In this document: positions 46,526 to 58,530 of the stretch, in pieces
How the letters are laid out: each line of letters begins with the position of its first letter
Numbering within the stretch: position 1 is the stretch's first letter
DNA from: an uncultured Planctomycetaceae bacterium
Lineage (GTDB): Bacteria > Planctomycetota > Planctomycetia > Planctomycetales > Planctomycetaceae
Length of the DNA: 64,000 nt
Direction: 5' to 3'
Assembly: GCA_963813715.1 (NCBI GenBank)
Contig: CAWFAK010000007.1
Coordinates: 576,001-640,000 of the forward strand
Notes under the pieces: generated by a model
The model's database searches: none
What the model was told of the DNA's origin: nothing
What the model saw: the letters and a program-made list of their open reading frames with translations, nothing else
Made by a program: the position numbers and the translations under genes

Positions 46526-48704
46526 ATGAGAAACACGCTGATTCTGGCCGCTTGTACCGCCCTGGCATTCTCCGCGGAACTGCCGACGACGCCCAAACGC
46601 CCGGTCGTCGACACGTATCATGGCGTCAAAGTGACGGACGATTACCGTTGGCTGCAAGACTGGCACGATCCGCAAGTGCGCGAATGGAGCGACGCCGAAA
46701 ACGCCTTCGCCCGCCAGTATCTCGATCACCTGGGCGACGTCCCGGCGTTGCGCCGCCGCGTGACGCAGATCATGGAAGCCAAGACGATCAGCTATGGCGG
46801 CGTGGTTTATCGCAAGGGAAAGCTATTCGCGCTCAAGCGCGAGCCGCCCAAGCAACAGCCAATGTTGATCGTACTGCCCTCGGCGAGCGCCGTCGACCAG
46901 GCTCGCGTGCTCGTCGACCCGAACACGATGGATGCCAAAGGGGGCACGATCATCGACTGGTTCATGCCGTCGGCCGACGGCGGACTGGTGGCCGTGTCGC
47001 TTTCGCACGGCGGCACCGAATCGGGCGACGTGCATCTCTTTGACGTCGCAACTGGTAAGCCGACCGGCGAAGTCGTCCCCCGCGTCAACTCGGGGACGGC
47101 CGGCGGCGACCTGGCCTGGAACCGCGAAGGCAGTGGATTCTTCTACACGCGGCATCCGCACGCCGGAGAACGGCCGGCAGCCGACCTCGATTTCTACCAG
47201 CAGGTCTATTTCCACAAGCTGGGGACGCCGACGGCCACCGACCAGTACGAATTGGGCCAGGGTTTTCCCCGCGTGGCCGAATCGCAGATCGAAGTCGACG
47301 AGCGCACGGGCTACGCGCTGGTCGACGACGCAGTTCGGCGACGGCGGCGAGTTCGAGCATTTCCTGCGGCCGCCTGGGGGTGAGTGGAAAGAGATCACGC
47401 ACTTCAAGGACGGGATTGTCCAGATTGTCTTTGGGCCCAGCGACCGGCTCTATCTGGTGTCGCGCAAGGGGGCGCCCCGCGGCCGCATCGAAAGCATCTC
47501 GCTCGCCGACCCGGACATCAGCCATGCGCAGGTGGTCGTGCCGGAAGGCCCCGACGCGATCGTCACCGGCTTTTCGTACGGGCGGGCGAAGATCCTGCCG
47601 ACGGCCGATCGGCTCTACGTCGAATACCAGTTGGGCGGGCCATCCGAACTGCGGGTCTTCGATCTCGACGGCCATCCCCTGCCCGCCCCGCGGCAGCTGC
47701 CGATCTCGTCGATCTACGAAGTCGTAAAGCTCGAGGGCAACGACGTCCTCTTCGGCAATACATCCTACGTCGCTCCGCCCGCGTTCTATCACCTGCACTC
47801 AGCCGAAAATCGCGTGGAAAAAACGGCGCTGGCGACGGTCTCGCCCGTCGATTTCAGCGACATCGAAGTGACCCGCGAATTTACGACATCCAAGGACGGC
47901 ACCAAGATTCCCGTCAATATTCTTTGCCCCAAGGGGACCAAGCGCGACGGCAAGAACCCGGCGATCGTTTGGGGCTACGGCGGCTTCGCCATCAGCATGA
48001 CGCCCGCCTTCAATGCCGTGCGTCACGTGCTGTTCGAGCACGGTTTTGTGTACGCCATCGCCAACATTCGCGGCGGCGCGGAATTCGGCGAGGCCTGGCA
48101 CCTGGCCGGCAACCTCACGCACAAGCAAAACGTCTTCGACGATTTTGCCGCGGCCATCGAACACGTGATCGCCCGGCACTACACGTCGCCCGCCCACCTG
48201 GCGATCGAGGGAGGCAGCAACGGCGGCCTGTTGATGGGGGCCACGCTGACGCAGCACCCGGATCTGATGCGGTGCGTCGTCTCGCACGTCGGCATCTACG
48301 ACATGCTCCGCACCGAATTCTCGCCGAACGGGGCCTTCAACATCACGGAATACGGCACCGTCAACAATCCCGAGCAGTTCAAGGCCCTCTACGCCTATTC
48401 GCCCTACCATCACGTGAAAGACGGCACGCGTTACCCGGCCTGCCTGTTCCTGACCGGCGCCAACGACCCCCGCGTCGACGCGATGCAGTCGCGCAAGTTC
48501 GTCGCCCGCTTGCAGGCGGCCAACGCCTCGGGCGAGCCGATTCTGCTCCGCACGAGCGCCGACACGGGCCACGGCCTCGACTCGCCCCTCTCGGCGCGAG
48601 TCGCAGAAACGGTCGACGTCGACGCGTTCATCTTCCACCAACTTGGCGTGAGCGCCGGTAGCCCTTCTCACGAACCGTCAACTGGCGGAGTCAGCGGATC
48701 CTGA
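46526..48704 (+). CDS. Prolyl oligopeptidase (S9A), secreted (frameshift near 47330)
   Basis: DDYRWL, GYGGF, IRGGAEFG, GGSNGG, DPRV and GHG. Confidence 0.92.
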
Positions 48705-48729
48705 ACTGGGACGGGCGGTCGAGCCTCTC

Positions 48730-50259
48730 TCACGTCGCTGCGAGCGCCGGCGGGTGCCGTTTGGTCCAAGGCCGCGCCTGTTCCAGTTGGGCGGCCAGGC
48801 GCAACAGGGTCGCTTCGTCGGTGTAACGGCCGAAGAAGTGGCTGCCGATTGGTAGGCCGTCGGCGTTCCAGTAGAGCGGGACCGACATCGCGGGTTGGCC
48901 GGTGGCGTTCGCCAGCGGCGTGAACGGCACGTAGGCGTTGAGCCAGGGAATGAGCTTGTCGATCGGCCAGGTCTGGTCGAGCTCGCCGATTTTGACCGGC
49001 GGCCGTCCGAGCGTGGGCGTCAGAAACAGGTCGTACTTCGTCAGGAATTTCACCATCGCCAGGTTGGCCTGCTGGGCGATGCCGGTCCAGACCATGCTCA
49101 CGTCCGACGGATCAGACTTGGCGTCCATCTCGACGAGTTTTTGCGTCCACGGCTCGAATGCCGCGGCCGTGATCTTGCCGCCGGAAAGTTTTTTGGCCGT
49201 CTTCACGGCCCGTCCGGCAACCGCCGCCCATAAGACGAGAAACGACTCACCGAACAGGCGGCCGTCGAATTGCGGTGAGGCTTCTTCGACCGCGTGCCCC
49301 AGCTCCTCGCACAGTTTGGCGGTCGAGGTCACGGCCTGGGCACAATCGGCATGCACCGGGTTGCCGGCCAAATCCTTGGTCGCGAAGGCAATTCGCAAGC
49401 GACCGGGCGGCACTCCGACCTCTTCGACATAGGGCCGCTTGGGAGGCGGTGCGTACCAACGCTCGCCGACCGTCGGTCCACGGGTGGCATCGAGCAAGGC
49501 CGCGCTGTCGCGGACCGAGCGGGCGACGCAGTGCAGCACGGAGAGTCCGTCGTCCTTGACGCCCGGCGCCTCGGGGTTGCGGCCGCGGCTGAGCTTGAGA
49601 CCGAACAGTCCGCAGCACGACGACGGAATGCGAATCGAGCCGCCGCCATCGCTGGCCGTCGCGATCGGCACCAGTCCGGCCGCCACAGCCGCCGCGGCGC
49701 CGCCGCTGGAGCCGCCGGGCGAGTGAGCCGGGTTCCACGGGTTGTGCGTGGGGCCGAAACCGCGCGGCTCGGTGACGGGGAGCAGCCCGAACTCGGGCGT
49801 GTTCGACTTGCCGACCATGATCAGTCCGGCCCGCTCCATCCGCAGGATGACTTCGGATGTGTAAGTGGCCACGTTCGCTTTGAATGGGGCCGAGCCGAAC
49901 GTTTGCCGCACGCCCGCCACCGGTTCGAGATCCTTCACGAGATAGGGGACGCCGGCGAACGGCCCGGAGCCGAGCGGCTGCGCGGCCTTTTTTCTCGCCT
50001 GCTCGAACGTCCGCGTGATGATCGAGTTGAGGGCCGGATCGTATTTTTCGATCCGCGCGATGGCCGCATTGACCAGCTCGAGCGGTGTGATTTGCTTCTT
50101 GCGGACGAGCTCGGCTTGTCCGAGCGCATCGAGAGCGGCCAGCTCGTCGGACGTGGGCGTCGGCTGCGGCTCCGGGACCATCGCCGCGGCGGGCAACGCG
50201 TGGGCGGCCGCCAGCGTTGCGGCGGCTTGGAGAAAGTTTCGGCGATTCAAAGGAGGCAT
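48730..50259 (-). CDS. Amidase-signature family amidase with a Tat signal
   Basis: RRNFL, KD, GGSSGG and [10 protein letters not shown]. Confidence 0.92.
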   Translation of the reverse strand: MPPLNRRNFLQAAATLAAAHALPAAAMVPEPQPTPTSDELAALDALGQAELVRKKQITPLELVNAAIARIEKYDPALNSIITRTFEQARKKAAQPLGSGPFAGVPYLVKDLEPVAGVRQTFGSAPFKANVATYTSEVILRMERAGLIMVGKSNTPEFGLLPVTEPRGFGPTHNPWNPAHSPGGSSGGAAAAVAAGLVPIATASDGGGSIRIPSSCCGLFGLKLSRGRNPEAPGVKDDGLSVLHCVARSVRDSAALLDATRGPTVGERWYAPPPKRPYVEEVGVPPGRLRIAFATKDLAGNPVHADCAQAVTSTAKLCEELGHAVEEASPQFDGRLFGESFLVLWAAVAGRAVKTAKKLSGGKITAAAFEPWTQKLVEMDAKSDPSDVSMVWTGIAQQANLAMVKFLTKYDLFLTPTLGRPPVKIGELDQTWPIDKLIPWLNAYVPFTPLANATGQPAMSVPLYWNADGLPIGSHFFGRYTDEATLLRLAAQLEQARPWTKRHPPALAAT

Positions 50260-50278
50260 GGCTTGTCCTCGGTGCGGG

Positions 50279-51972
50279 TCAACTACGGAGCGCGGTGCGC
50301 GTCGGCTCCAGGTCGTTCTCCGGCTGGAGTTCCAGGGAATCGACGTCGTTCATCGCGGCTCCCGGAAGCAGCGAGCTTTGATGGTCGTGCCACCAGCGGG
50401 CCGCGTCGTGTTTGGTCCATTGGCCGGCCACGGAACAGGCAGCCAGAGCGTCCGCCAGCTCGGCCGCGCTGACAAAGCGTTCCTCGGGATCCTTCGACAG
50501 GCATTTGAGCAAAATGGCTTCGACGTCGGCCGGCAGTTCGGGCACGATTTGCGACGGCGGCCGCACGGCATCCCGGGCGTGCGAGACCAGGATTTCGAGC
50601 GGATTTTCCGCGACGAACGGCGGGTGTCCGACCACCAGAAAGTAGCCAACCGCACCAAGCGAGTAAATGTCCCCGCGGACGTCGGCCGCCCGCTCGTTGA
50701 GCGATTGTTCCGGCGACATGTAGAGGGGCGAGCCAACGATGGCGTCTGCCCGCGAAAGTTCGGGCTGATTGCTCCGCAGCACGCCTTTGACCAGTCCGAA
50801 GTCGAGCAGCTTGATGAAGTCGTATTCGCCGCCCCGGCGGGCCGCGTAAATGTTGCTGGGCTTGATATCGCGGTGCATGAGCCCGGCCCGGTGGGCCTCT
50901 TCTAGCGCGTCGCAAACTTGCCGCAGCAAGTAGACGGCCCGCGCCGCCGGCAGTCGACCGTGCTTGTGCACCAGGTCGTCCAGCGTCAGGCCCCAGAGCA
51001 ACTCCATCACGTAGTAAAAGGTGCCGTCGCTGGCGCGGCCGTAGTCGTAAATATCGACCGTGTGGGGGTGAGACAGCTCGGCCGTCGCGCGGACCTCTCG
51101 CTCGAAACGCGCCAGCGTCACCGGATCGGTGTCGTGTCCGGGCCGAATCCGCTTGAGCGCGCAGGGCCGCTTGAGCAGCGTGTGTTCGGCCAGATAGACC
51201 TCGCCCATTCCGCCGCGGCCGATTAGTTGCTTGAGACGGTACTGGCCGAAGCGTCGCGCCCGGGCCGCCTCCCGCGTCAGCCGTTCGATGCGGAAGCTCC
51301 AATAAAACAGGGCGGCCGCGCACAGGGCTGACGTGAGCACAATCATCGTCAGCATTCCTGGGTTCACCACATTGCGATAAATCGCGGACCACATCGATTC
51401 GTAGATGGCCATCGCGGTCGGGGCGCCCAACATCAATGTCACCATGGCCAGCGATCGACGCCGGGAGCCCATGGCAATCATCGAGTAGGCGACGGCCAGC
51501 ACGCAGCACCACGTGACGCTGATCATCACGCTGAACACAATCCAACCCGCCTCAGGCGGATTGAGGGCAGACGTTGCGGAGGATCGAGAAGTGCATGAGC
51601 GCGCAGAAAAAGTAGACCGCGCCGCCGAACATCAGGACTTCAATGATTTCGAGGCGACTGCTGCGTCGGGGGCCGCCAAACGGCCAGCAGGGCCAGGCAG
51701 ACCGCCTGATCGAAGAAGATGAACGCCCACAGCTCCCACAGCCGCGTGTATCGCCCATCGAGGATCGCGCCGCGCAAATAGAAGAGCACGAAGCCGCAGA
51801 GCAGACACCAGCCGAGGATTTGCACCCGCTGCCAGGCCGCCAGCAGTGTCTCGTCGATCCGGCCCCGTTCACCCGACTCGATCAGCGCAACCTTGTCCCG
51901 CAAGCTCGACGGGCTGGGAGTCGACGGCGTCGAGTACTGTTGGGTCTGTGCAAGCTGATCGAACTGCGGCAT
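50279..51972 (-). CDS. Membrane-associated Ser/Thr protein kinase (frameshift near 51550)
   Basis: N-terminal TM helices; GRGGMGEVY, ALK, HRDIKPSN, DFG and GSPLYMSPE. Confidence 0.9.
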
Positions 51973-52170
51973 CAATCGGGCCCGTCGTTGCGCACAGAGA
52001 AGGGCGACGCCGCTGCGGTCACACGGCAGTCGGCGTTTCGTATGATAACCGTGCGTCGCGAGCGATTCGAGAAGCGGGTTAAGCTCTGAACCGTGTCTTT
52101 TCGGCCTTTCCCGGCCTGGCGGGAGAGAATCGGGAAGACCGCTGTTCCTTAAAAGAGTGAAAGCGACCAG

Positions 52171-53268
52171 ATGCCGAACAAAGTGAGGATTGCGATTATC
52201 GGGGCCGGTGCGGTCTCGGATTATCACCATGTGCCGGGAATCCGCCTCGATCCGCGAGCCGAACTGGCCGCCGTTTGCGATCCCAACAAAGACCTGCTGG
52301 AACAGCGCGAGGTGCAGTGGGGCCCGATCAAAACGGCCACCGATTACCGCGCCGTCGCCGCCGATCCCGACATCGACGCGGCCATCATCGCTACGCCCAA
52401 CGACACGCATAAGCCGATCGCGCTAGCCTGCATCGCGGCGGGCAAGCACGTGATGTGCGAGAAGCCGCTCGGCCTCAACTATGCCGAGTCCCGCGAGATG
52501 TACGAAGCGGCCCGCGCCAAGAACGTGCGGCATATGACGGCTTTCACGTACCGCTTCGCGCCGTCGATGCGCTACCTGAAGTACCTGGTCACCTCCGGGG
52601 CGCTCGGCACGCCGCGACACTTTCGCAGCCAGCGGTTTCTCGACCTGCCCGAGACGAGTTGGGGCTGGCGGCAGATCAAGAAGCATGCGGGAGCCGGCGA
52701 CCTGTTCGACATGACGATCCACCGCATCGACTTCGCCCAGGACTTGTTGGGGCCGATCGAGGCAGTCTGCGGAGCCGTGGCCCGCTTCGCCCCTCGCGAC
52801 CGCACGGCGACCGGCGCCCCCTGCCCTCCCTCCGAGGTTGACGACTGGTCGGCCCTGATCGCCCGGTTCAATAACGGCTCGGTCGGCGTGTGGGAGGGAA
52901 GCACCCTGATGAAGGGGCACCACAACAACGGCTTCGGCTGGGAGTGGGCCGAGGTCAATGGCAGCGAAGGTTCCGCCGTCTATCGCCTCACCGAGCCCAA
53001 CACGATCCTGGTCGGCAAGCACGGCGAATCGATGCAGCCCGAGCCCGTGCCCGCCCAATTCCTCGTCGCCCAAGGCAGCCCCCGCGACCCGAACCAAGGC
53101 GTGCCGAGCACTGTCTTCCGCTACGACCTGGTGTGGGAGTTCGTCTCAGCGATCGTCGAGCGCCGCGACGCAGTGCCGGGTTTCGATGCTGGAGCGTCGG
53201 CCCAGCTGGTGGCTGACAAGGTGCTGGAGTCGTACGACAAGCAGCGGTGGATGGCGATTGAAGCGTAA
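52171..53268 (+). CDS. Gfo/Idh/MocA family oxidoreductase
   Basis: IIGAG, GKHVMCEKP and DMTIHRID. Confidence 0.92.
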   Translation: MPNKVRIAIIGAGAVSDYHHVPGIRLDPRAELAAVCDPNKDLLEQREVQWGPIKTATDYRAVAADPDIDAAIIATPNDTHKPIALACIAAGKHVMCEKPLGLNYAESREMYEAARAKNVRHMTAFTYRFAPSMRYLKYLVTSGALGTPRHFRSQRFLDLPETSWGWRQIKKHAGAGDLFDMTIHRIDFAQDLLGPIEAVCGAVARFAPRDRTATGAPCPPSEVDDWSALIARFNNGSVGVWEGSTLMKGHHNNGFGWEWAEVNGSEGSAVYRLTEPNTILVGKHGESMQPEPVPAQFLVAQGSPRDPNQGVPSTVFRYDLVWEFVSAIVERRDAVPGFDAGASAQLVADKVLESYDKQRWMAIEA

Positions 53269-53288
53269 GCATCTGACAAAGCGAAGAA

Positions 53289-53648
53289 ATGAAAAAAGGC
53301 CAGAAACTCGACTTGAAGTCTCTCCTGGAAAGTCCCGGACGACCCGACGGGCGCAGGTTTTCGCCGGTCGTTCGCGCCAACGCAAAGTTCTACGGACTCG
53401 GCCGTGGCATTTGTGTCGATGTCCGATTCAAGGATGTCGCACAGTTGGATGCGCTCATCGCGGCACTTGTCGAGCTTCGTGCATTTCCGAAGGACGGTTT
53501 CGATCACGTACACCTGCAGGACTCGAAGGTGCGCGATTTCGCATCTGCAGAGGTCACATTTTGGCATCCGTCCGTCAAGCGGGACGTCGCCGACAAATCT
53601 TGCGTGCGAGGGGCGAGAAAAACGATCGAGTCTCTGCCGCTGAGCTGA
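53289..53648 (+). CDS. Hypothetical protein (ORFan-like)
   Basis: 119-aa frame filling the gap; composition visibly less GC-rich than its neighbours. Confidence 0.55.
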   Translation: MKKGQKLDLKSLLESPGRPDGRRFSPVVRANAKFYGLGRGICVDVRFKDVAQLDALIAALVELRAFPKDGFDHVHLQDSKVRDFASAEVTFWHPSVKRDVADKSCVRGARKTIESLPLS

Positions 53649-53689
53649 GTCGGCGGTGGCACCTCGCGAATGCTGGAGTTGAACCGATC

Positions 53690-53788
53690 GGGTGGCACTG
53701 GCGACTGGTCCAGACTGGTCCAGACTGGTCCGCCTGTGTCTTCGCGGGTCGTCAAAAACCACTGGCGGACAAGCCGCCAGTGCCACCC
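53690..53788. repeat. REPIN-like inverted doublet, family A, with an internal 10-bp triplication
   Basis: GGGTGGCACTGGC(GACTGGTCCA)2GACTGGTCCGCC ... CACTGGCGGACAAGCCGCCAGTGCCACCC. Confidence 0.8.
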
Positions 53789-53895
53789 TTCCGCTGCGAT
53801 GGCGTGTTGCGGAAACGCACATTGACCAATCTGGCGACTCTGGGGACACTTTTGCCCTCGCGTTCTGCCCATGAGTCGTGTCCCCCGCGGTTCCG

Positions 53896-54871
53896 ATGCG
53901 CGATCTACGTCAACTCATCGATGTCGAGCGTCTACGGCACATCGCCGAATATGTGGCGTTTCGTGTCATCGTGTGTCTCGTCGACCTCTTGCCGTTTCGC
54001 ACGTCGATCCGTTTGGCCGAGGGAATGGCTTTCGTCATTCATCGCGTGCTGCCCAAAAAGCTGACGCGGTACGCCGTCGCGCGGGACAACATCCGCCAGG
54101 CTTTCGGCAACCGCTATCAGCGAGCGGGAGATTGACGACATCATTCGGCGGATGTGGGTGCACCTGTTTCGGGTCGTCGTTGAGATTGTGCAGGTCCGCC
54201 GCAAGCTGCGTCTCTACAACTGTGCCGACGTCGTCGAGTTCAAGGGCCGCGATGAAACGGTGCGGTTGTTCTGCAGTGGGCGGCCGGTCATCATCCTCAG
54301 CGGCCACTTTGGCAACTGGGAGATCGCCAGCGGCACGTTCGGCATGTTTGGATTCCCGCTCGGCGTCGTCGCCCGCGATCTCGACAATCCGTACCTGCAT
54401 CGCTGGTTCGAGACCTTCCGCCGCCAAACGGGGCATAAGCTGATCTCGAAGCGCGGCGGCGGCTCCGACATGCTCGATATGCTCGAGCACCGCGGGCATT
54501 TGGCTCTCATGGGTGACCAGGACGCTGGCTCGACCGGGCTGTTCGTTGATTTCTTCGGCAAGCCGGCGTCGACTTTCAAGTCGATCGCCCTCTTGGCACT
54601 CGAATATCGGGCCTACGTCGTCGTCGGCTACGCGATTCGCTTGCCGGACGACTTCGACCAGCACCGTTGGGTCCGCTACGAAATCGGCTACGCCGACTTC
54701 ATCGACACGGCCGAATTCGACGGGCCGGACGCCGTCCGGCAGGTGACGCAGCGGTTCACCACGGCTCTGGAGCACGCCATCGCGCTCGCGCCCGAGCAAT
54801 ACTTCTGGGTGCACCGCCGCTGGAAGAGCGTGCCCAAGCAGCGGGTCCGACGACGACGAGCCGCCGCCTGA
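53896..54871 (+). CDS. Lipid A biosynthesis acyltransferase, LpxL/HtrB family (frameshift near 54125)
   Basis: HFGNWE, LDNPYL, DQDAG, FFGKPAST and PEQYFWVHRRWK. Confidence 0.9.
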
Positions 54872-54978
54872 GAGGGGCTCGGGATCGTGCGAGCGCGGCA
54901 CTATAATTCTCTCTGCCTCAGCTTGGGATCTCGTCCCTTCGTTTGGTGAACGCCTCTAATTAACGACATTGGGCAAGC

Positions 54979-55302
54979 ATGGCGGAGTGGCATCGGTTGG
55001 CGGCGGTCGGGGAAGTTGCTTCCGGCTCAGCGCGCGAATTTACGGCCGGCGGACGAGTGATCGCGCTCTTTAACGTCGAGGGCACGTTCTACGCGCTGGA
55101 TGGAGTTTGTCCGCACGCCGGGGGGCCGTTGGGCGAAGGCAGCCTGGACGGGACCGTGGTGACGTGTCCGTGGCACGGCTGGCAGTTCGACGTGACCACC
55201 GGCCGCCACTGCCTCAACCCGCGAATCGAGCACACGAAATTCCCGCTCAAGATCGAGGGGACGGACATCTACGTCGAGCTTCCTGACTCGCCGACAGGCT
55301 GA
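54979..55302 (+). CDS. Rieske-type [2Fe-2S] ferredoxin
   Basis: CPHAGG and CPWHG; TATAAT upstream at 54902. Confidence 0.92.
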   Translation: MAEWHRLAAVGEVASGSAREFTAGGRVIALFNVEGTFYALDGVCPHAGGPLGEGSLDGTVVTCPWHGWQFDVTTGRHCLNPRIEHTKFPLKIEGTDIYVELPDSPTG

Positions 55303-55306
55303 TGAT

Positions 55307-55418
55307 TCACCACAAAGGCACGAATGCACAAAGGGATTTCCACGAAGGAATTTCAAAGTAGACAGCCTCAATTCTGCTTCTTCGTCTCTTGCTTCGTGCC
55401 TTTGCGTCTTGGTGGTGA
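55307..55418. repeat. Imperfect inverted repeat (CACCAC-AAAGGCACGAA type)
   Basis: TCACCACAAAGGCACGAATGCACAAAGG ... CTTCGTGCCTTTGCGTCTTGGTGGTGA. Confidence 0.65.
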
Positions 55419-55817
55419 GAGTCCCCTCTGCTCCGCCCTTACCCCGCACTCCGCGCGCGTGTGATTCGCGCCCGTAGTTTCGTGCGCCGTTTGTTCGCGC
55501 GCGGTCCTGCACCGAAACGGCCAGCACGATGCAGCGCGCGACCGCATCTTGTGCGCCCTCGGCAAGCGCCTCAAATCGATAAACGACAACCCAGCCCGTT
55601 TTCCCGTTATGACCGCTGAATCGGGTTGCCGATAGAAAGGACGAACTGTCGCGGGATGCCGAGACAGTGCGGCCAATTGAGCCGCTTCCGGGGGCGATAC
55701 CTCTCGCAGACGGGCCTGTCACTGCGAGAGCCAAGGTCGAGCCGGACGGGCGCTTCCGGGGGCGATTGGAATCCGGAGCCGCGGCCACTGCTTCGATTGT
55801 TCCGGAGGGGGGATATC

Positions 55818-56558
55818 ATGCTCGTCGTGACGCGCCTGGGGGCGCTCGTAGCGATTTGCTGCGTCTTGGCCGCCAGTTCTCGGTCGGCCTTCGCTCAAGC
55901 TCAAGACTGTAATGCCTGCGAACCGCGTTGGCACAGCGAAGCCTGGTGGCAGCAACGGGCCGGTGAGCCCGTCGGCGCCCGCCAGCACGAGTGCAAAGGG
56001 CTCGAATGGCCGCCCTACCCGCGGCCGACAGGTCCCGAAATGACCTGCCCCCACATCTACCACACCGAGCACTATTGGCCGTGGCCCTACCTGTGCACCG
56101 ATCGCCAATGCGTGATGGACATGACCCGCACGCAGGAAGCGAACGGCTGGCTCAGTGAGACCACGCTGTACGAGTACTACTTCAATCCGGATACCAACGA
56201 GCTGACGCAGCCCGGAAAGATGCACCTGCGTTGGATCCTGGACTACGCGCCGGCCAACTATCGCAGCGTCTGGATTCAGCAGGTTGACGATCCGGCAGCC
56301 AGCCAAGCGCGGATGCAGAACGTCCGCGTGGCCGCCTCCCAGATCGCGGGCACCAATCTGCCGCCGATTCAGTACCGCGTGGCCATGCCGCCGTCGCGTC
56401 CCGCCGTCGAAGCCGAAGCGATTCGCCGCAAGGAACTGCAGACGATTCCGACGCCGCGGATCCCGCTCCCGACCAGTGCCGCGGGCTCCAGCTCCACGTC
56501 TCCGGGCACCGGCAGCGGCGGTGGCGGCTCGGGCGGTGGAGGCGGTGCGGGTTACTAA
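55818..56558 (+). CDS. Hypothetical secreted protein
   Basis: GGAGG SD, signal peptide, WPWPY and ANGW..TTLYEYYF motifs, Gly-rich tail. Confidence 0.75.
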   Translation: MLVVTRLGALVAICCVLAASSRSAFAQAQDCNACEPRWHSEAWWQQRAGEPVGARQHECKGLEWPPYPRPTGPEMTCPHIYHTEHYWPWPYLCTDRQCVMDMTRTQEANGWLSETTLYEYYFNPDTNELTQPGKMHLRWILDYAPANYRSVWIQQVDDPAASQARMQNVRVAASQIAGTNLPPIQYRVAMPPSRPAVEAEAIRRKELQTIPTPRIPLPTSAAGSSSTSPGTGSGGGGSGGGGGAGY

Positions 56559-56575
56559 TCTCTCGAACGATGCCG

Positions 56576-56642
56576 AAAGTCCAAGGTCGAAGACCCAAAG
56601 TCACGATGCCAACGTGCTCTTTGGTCTGCGACCTTGGACTTT
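56576..56642. repeat. Inverted repeat of heptamer type
   Basis: AAAGTCCAAGGTCGAAGACCCAAAG ... CTTTGGTCTGCGACCTTGGACTTT. Confidence 0.65.
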
Positions 56643-56666
56643 GAGCCTTGAGCTGGGACGGTTTTC

Positions 56667-58262
56667 ATGATCGATCGCCGAAGCAACGAACCCCCTAACC
56701 CGAATTCTCCGCTGGGGCATCCCTCCCTGGGTCACTCCGCCTTGGGCAAAGCGTCACCGGTGAATTCCTCGCTGGCGAATTCCTCCTCTCTGTCGGTGCC
56801 GCTCCCGGGAGTCAGCGACGGCGATTCGGCCGGCGGCTCCAACGTCGCCGATCTGTACGACAAGCTGTTCAGCGAGTCGTCCGGCTGGGAATCGGAATCT
56901 CGGGGCAGCACGCTGGGCGGGCCCGTCCCGCACGACGCGGCCGCCGCCACCGCTCCGCCCGCGCCGCTGACGTTGCGGCAAACGGGCCTCACACTCGGCA
57001 CGATTTGCGACCTGATCCTCAAGCAGCTCTACCTGCAGGGCAACCTGCTCGGGATCCAGTTTGCCCGGCAGATGCGGCTGCCCTTCACCGTCGTGGAAGA
57101 GGGGCTGCGGTTCCTCAAGGACGACAAGTGCATTGAGGTCACATCGGGCGACCTGGTCGGCCCCGTTTCGTACCGCTTCAATCTCACTGATCTGGGCCGC
57201 AAACGGGCTCGCGAAGCATTCGAAATGTGCCGCTATGTCGGACCGGCTCCGGTCCCCCTCGATGCCTACGCACCGCAGTGCCGGCGGCAGACCGTCACGG
57301 GCACCGAGTGCAGTGCCGAGGCGCTCAAGCGGGCCTTCGGCAATCTCGTGATTCGCGAGGAGGTGCTGCAGGACCTGGGACCGGCCGTCTGCAGCGGCAA
57401 ATCGATCTTTGTGTACGGCCCGCCGGGCAACGGCAAAACGATGATCGCCAAGGCCCTCGGCAACTTTCTCAACCTGTACGGCGGCGACATTTACGTGCCG
57501 TACGCGATCTACGCCGAGAACAGCATCATCACCGTCTTCGACCCGACGATTCACCGCGCGACCGACGATGCCGACGTGCTCGATCAAATTGCCAGCGAAA
57601 ACGAAACGGGCTCGATCACCGATCCGTTCTTTTCGCGACAGTCGCCGCCGTTCGACCTGCGCTGGCGCCGCGTGCGTCGGCCCGTGGTGATCACGGCCGG
57701 CGAGTTGACGCTCGAGATGCTCGACCTGCGCTACAACTCGGCCAGCAACTTCTACACGGCCCCGCTGCACATCAAGGCGAACTGCGGCGTGTTTCTGATC
57801 GACGACTTCGGCCGCCAAATCGTCAGCCCGCGGGACCTGCTCAATCGCTGGATCATGCCGCTGGAAGAACGGGTCGACTTCCTTACGCTGGCCACTGGGC
57901 GGAAGTTCTCCGTCCCGTTTGAACAACTGATCATCTTCTCGACGAACCTCGATCCGCGCGAGCTGGTGGACGAGGCGTTCCTGCGGCGAATCCAGCACAA
58001 GATTATGGTCGGCCCGCCGGATCGGGAGCTTTTTACCGATATTTTCCGCCTGTGCTGCCAGCAGCGAAGCATCGAATTCAACCCAGCTTGCCTGGATTTC
58101 CTCTACGACGAGTTTTACGACCAGGGCAAGACGCCGCGATCCAGCGATCCCAGAGATTTATTGGAGATCGTGCGGTCGATCTGCCGATACAGACGGCAGG
58201 ACGTTGTCATTTCGAAAGAGTTGATGGCGGAAGCCGCCCGTCGCTTTTTCGTCCAGATGTAA
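56667..58262 (+). CDS. AAA family ATPase
   Basis: GPPGNGKT Walker A, FLIDDFGRQ Walker B, FSTNL and AFLRRI. Confidence 0.9.
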   Translation: MIDRRSNEPPNPNSPLGHPSLGHSALGKASPVNSSLANSSSLSVPLPGVSDGDSAGGSNVADLYDKLFSESSGWESESRGSTLGGPVPHDAAAATAPPAPLTLRQTGLTLGTICDLILKQLYLQGNLLGIQFARQMRLPFTVVEEGLRFLKDDKCIEVTSGDLVGPVSYRFNLTDLGRKRAREAFEMCRYVGPAPVPLDAYAPQCRRQTVTGTECSAEALKRAFGNLVIREEVLQDLGPAVCSGKSIFVYGPPGNGKTMIAKALGNFLNLYGGDIYVPYAIYAENSIITVFDPTIHRATDDADVLDQIASENETGSITDPFFSRQSPPFDLRWRRVRRPVVITAGELTLEMLDLRYNSASNFYTAPLHIKANCGVFLIDDFGRQIVSPRDLLNRWIMPLEERVDFLTLATGRKFSVPFEQLIIFSTNLDPRELVDEAFLRRIQHKIMVGPPDRELFTDIFRLCCQQRSIEFNPACLDFLYDEFYDQGKTPRSSDPRDLLEIVRSICRYRRQDVVISKELMAEAARRFFVQM

Positions 58263-58530
58263 CGCCCCTCTCCTCTCCCGTCTGACTCAAACTTCTCAAC
58301 CAAATCGAACTCTAAGCAATAAATCCGTGTGCCACGGCGAGGACTCGCACTTAGTCGCGAGACGCCGTGCGGATTCACTCGCCGCGGCACACACACCGGC
58401 CAATTACGGAATTCCGTCGCGCGGCAGGATGCCGCCATCACGGATCCGTTTCGACGGCGTTCACCGCCGCCCGACTCGAGAGACAAGTCGACTTGCGACA
58501 CCGGCAAGTTGCCAACAGGGAGGTTGGACA

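Noticed and set aside
55560..55640. Possible c-di-GMP-I riboswitch (GGCAA...TTGCCG)
   Set aside because: It lacks the GAAA tetraloop stem and the GACGCAAAGC core.
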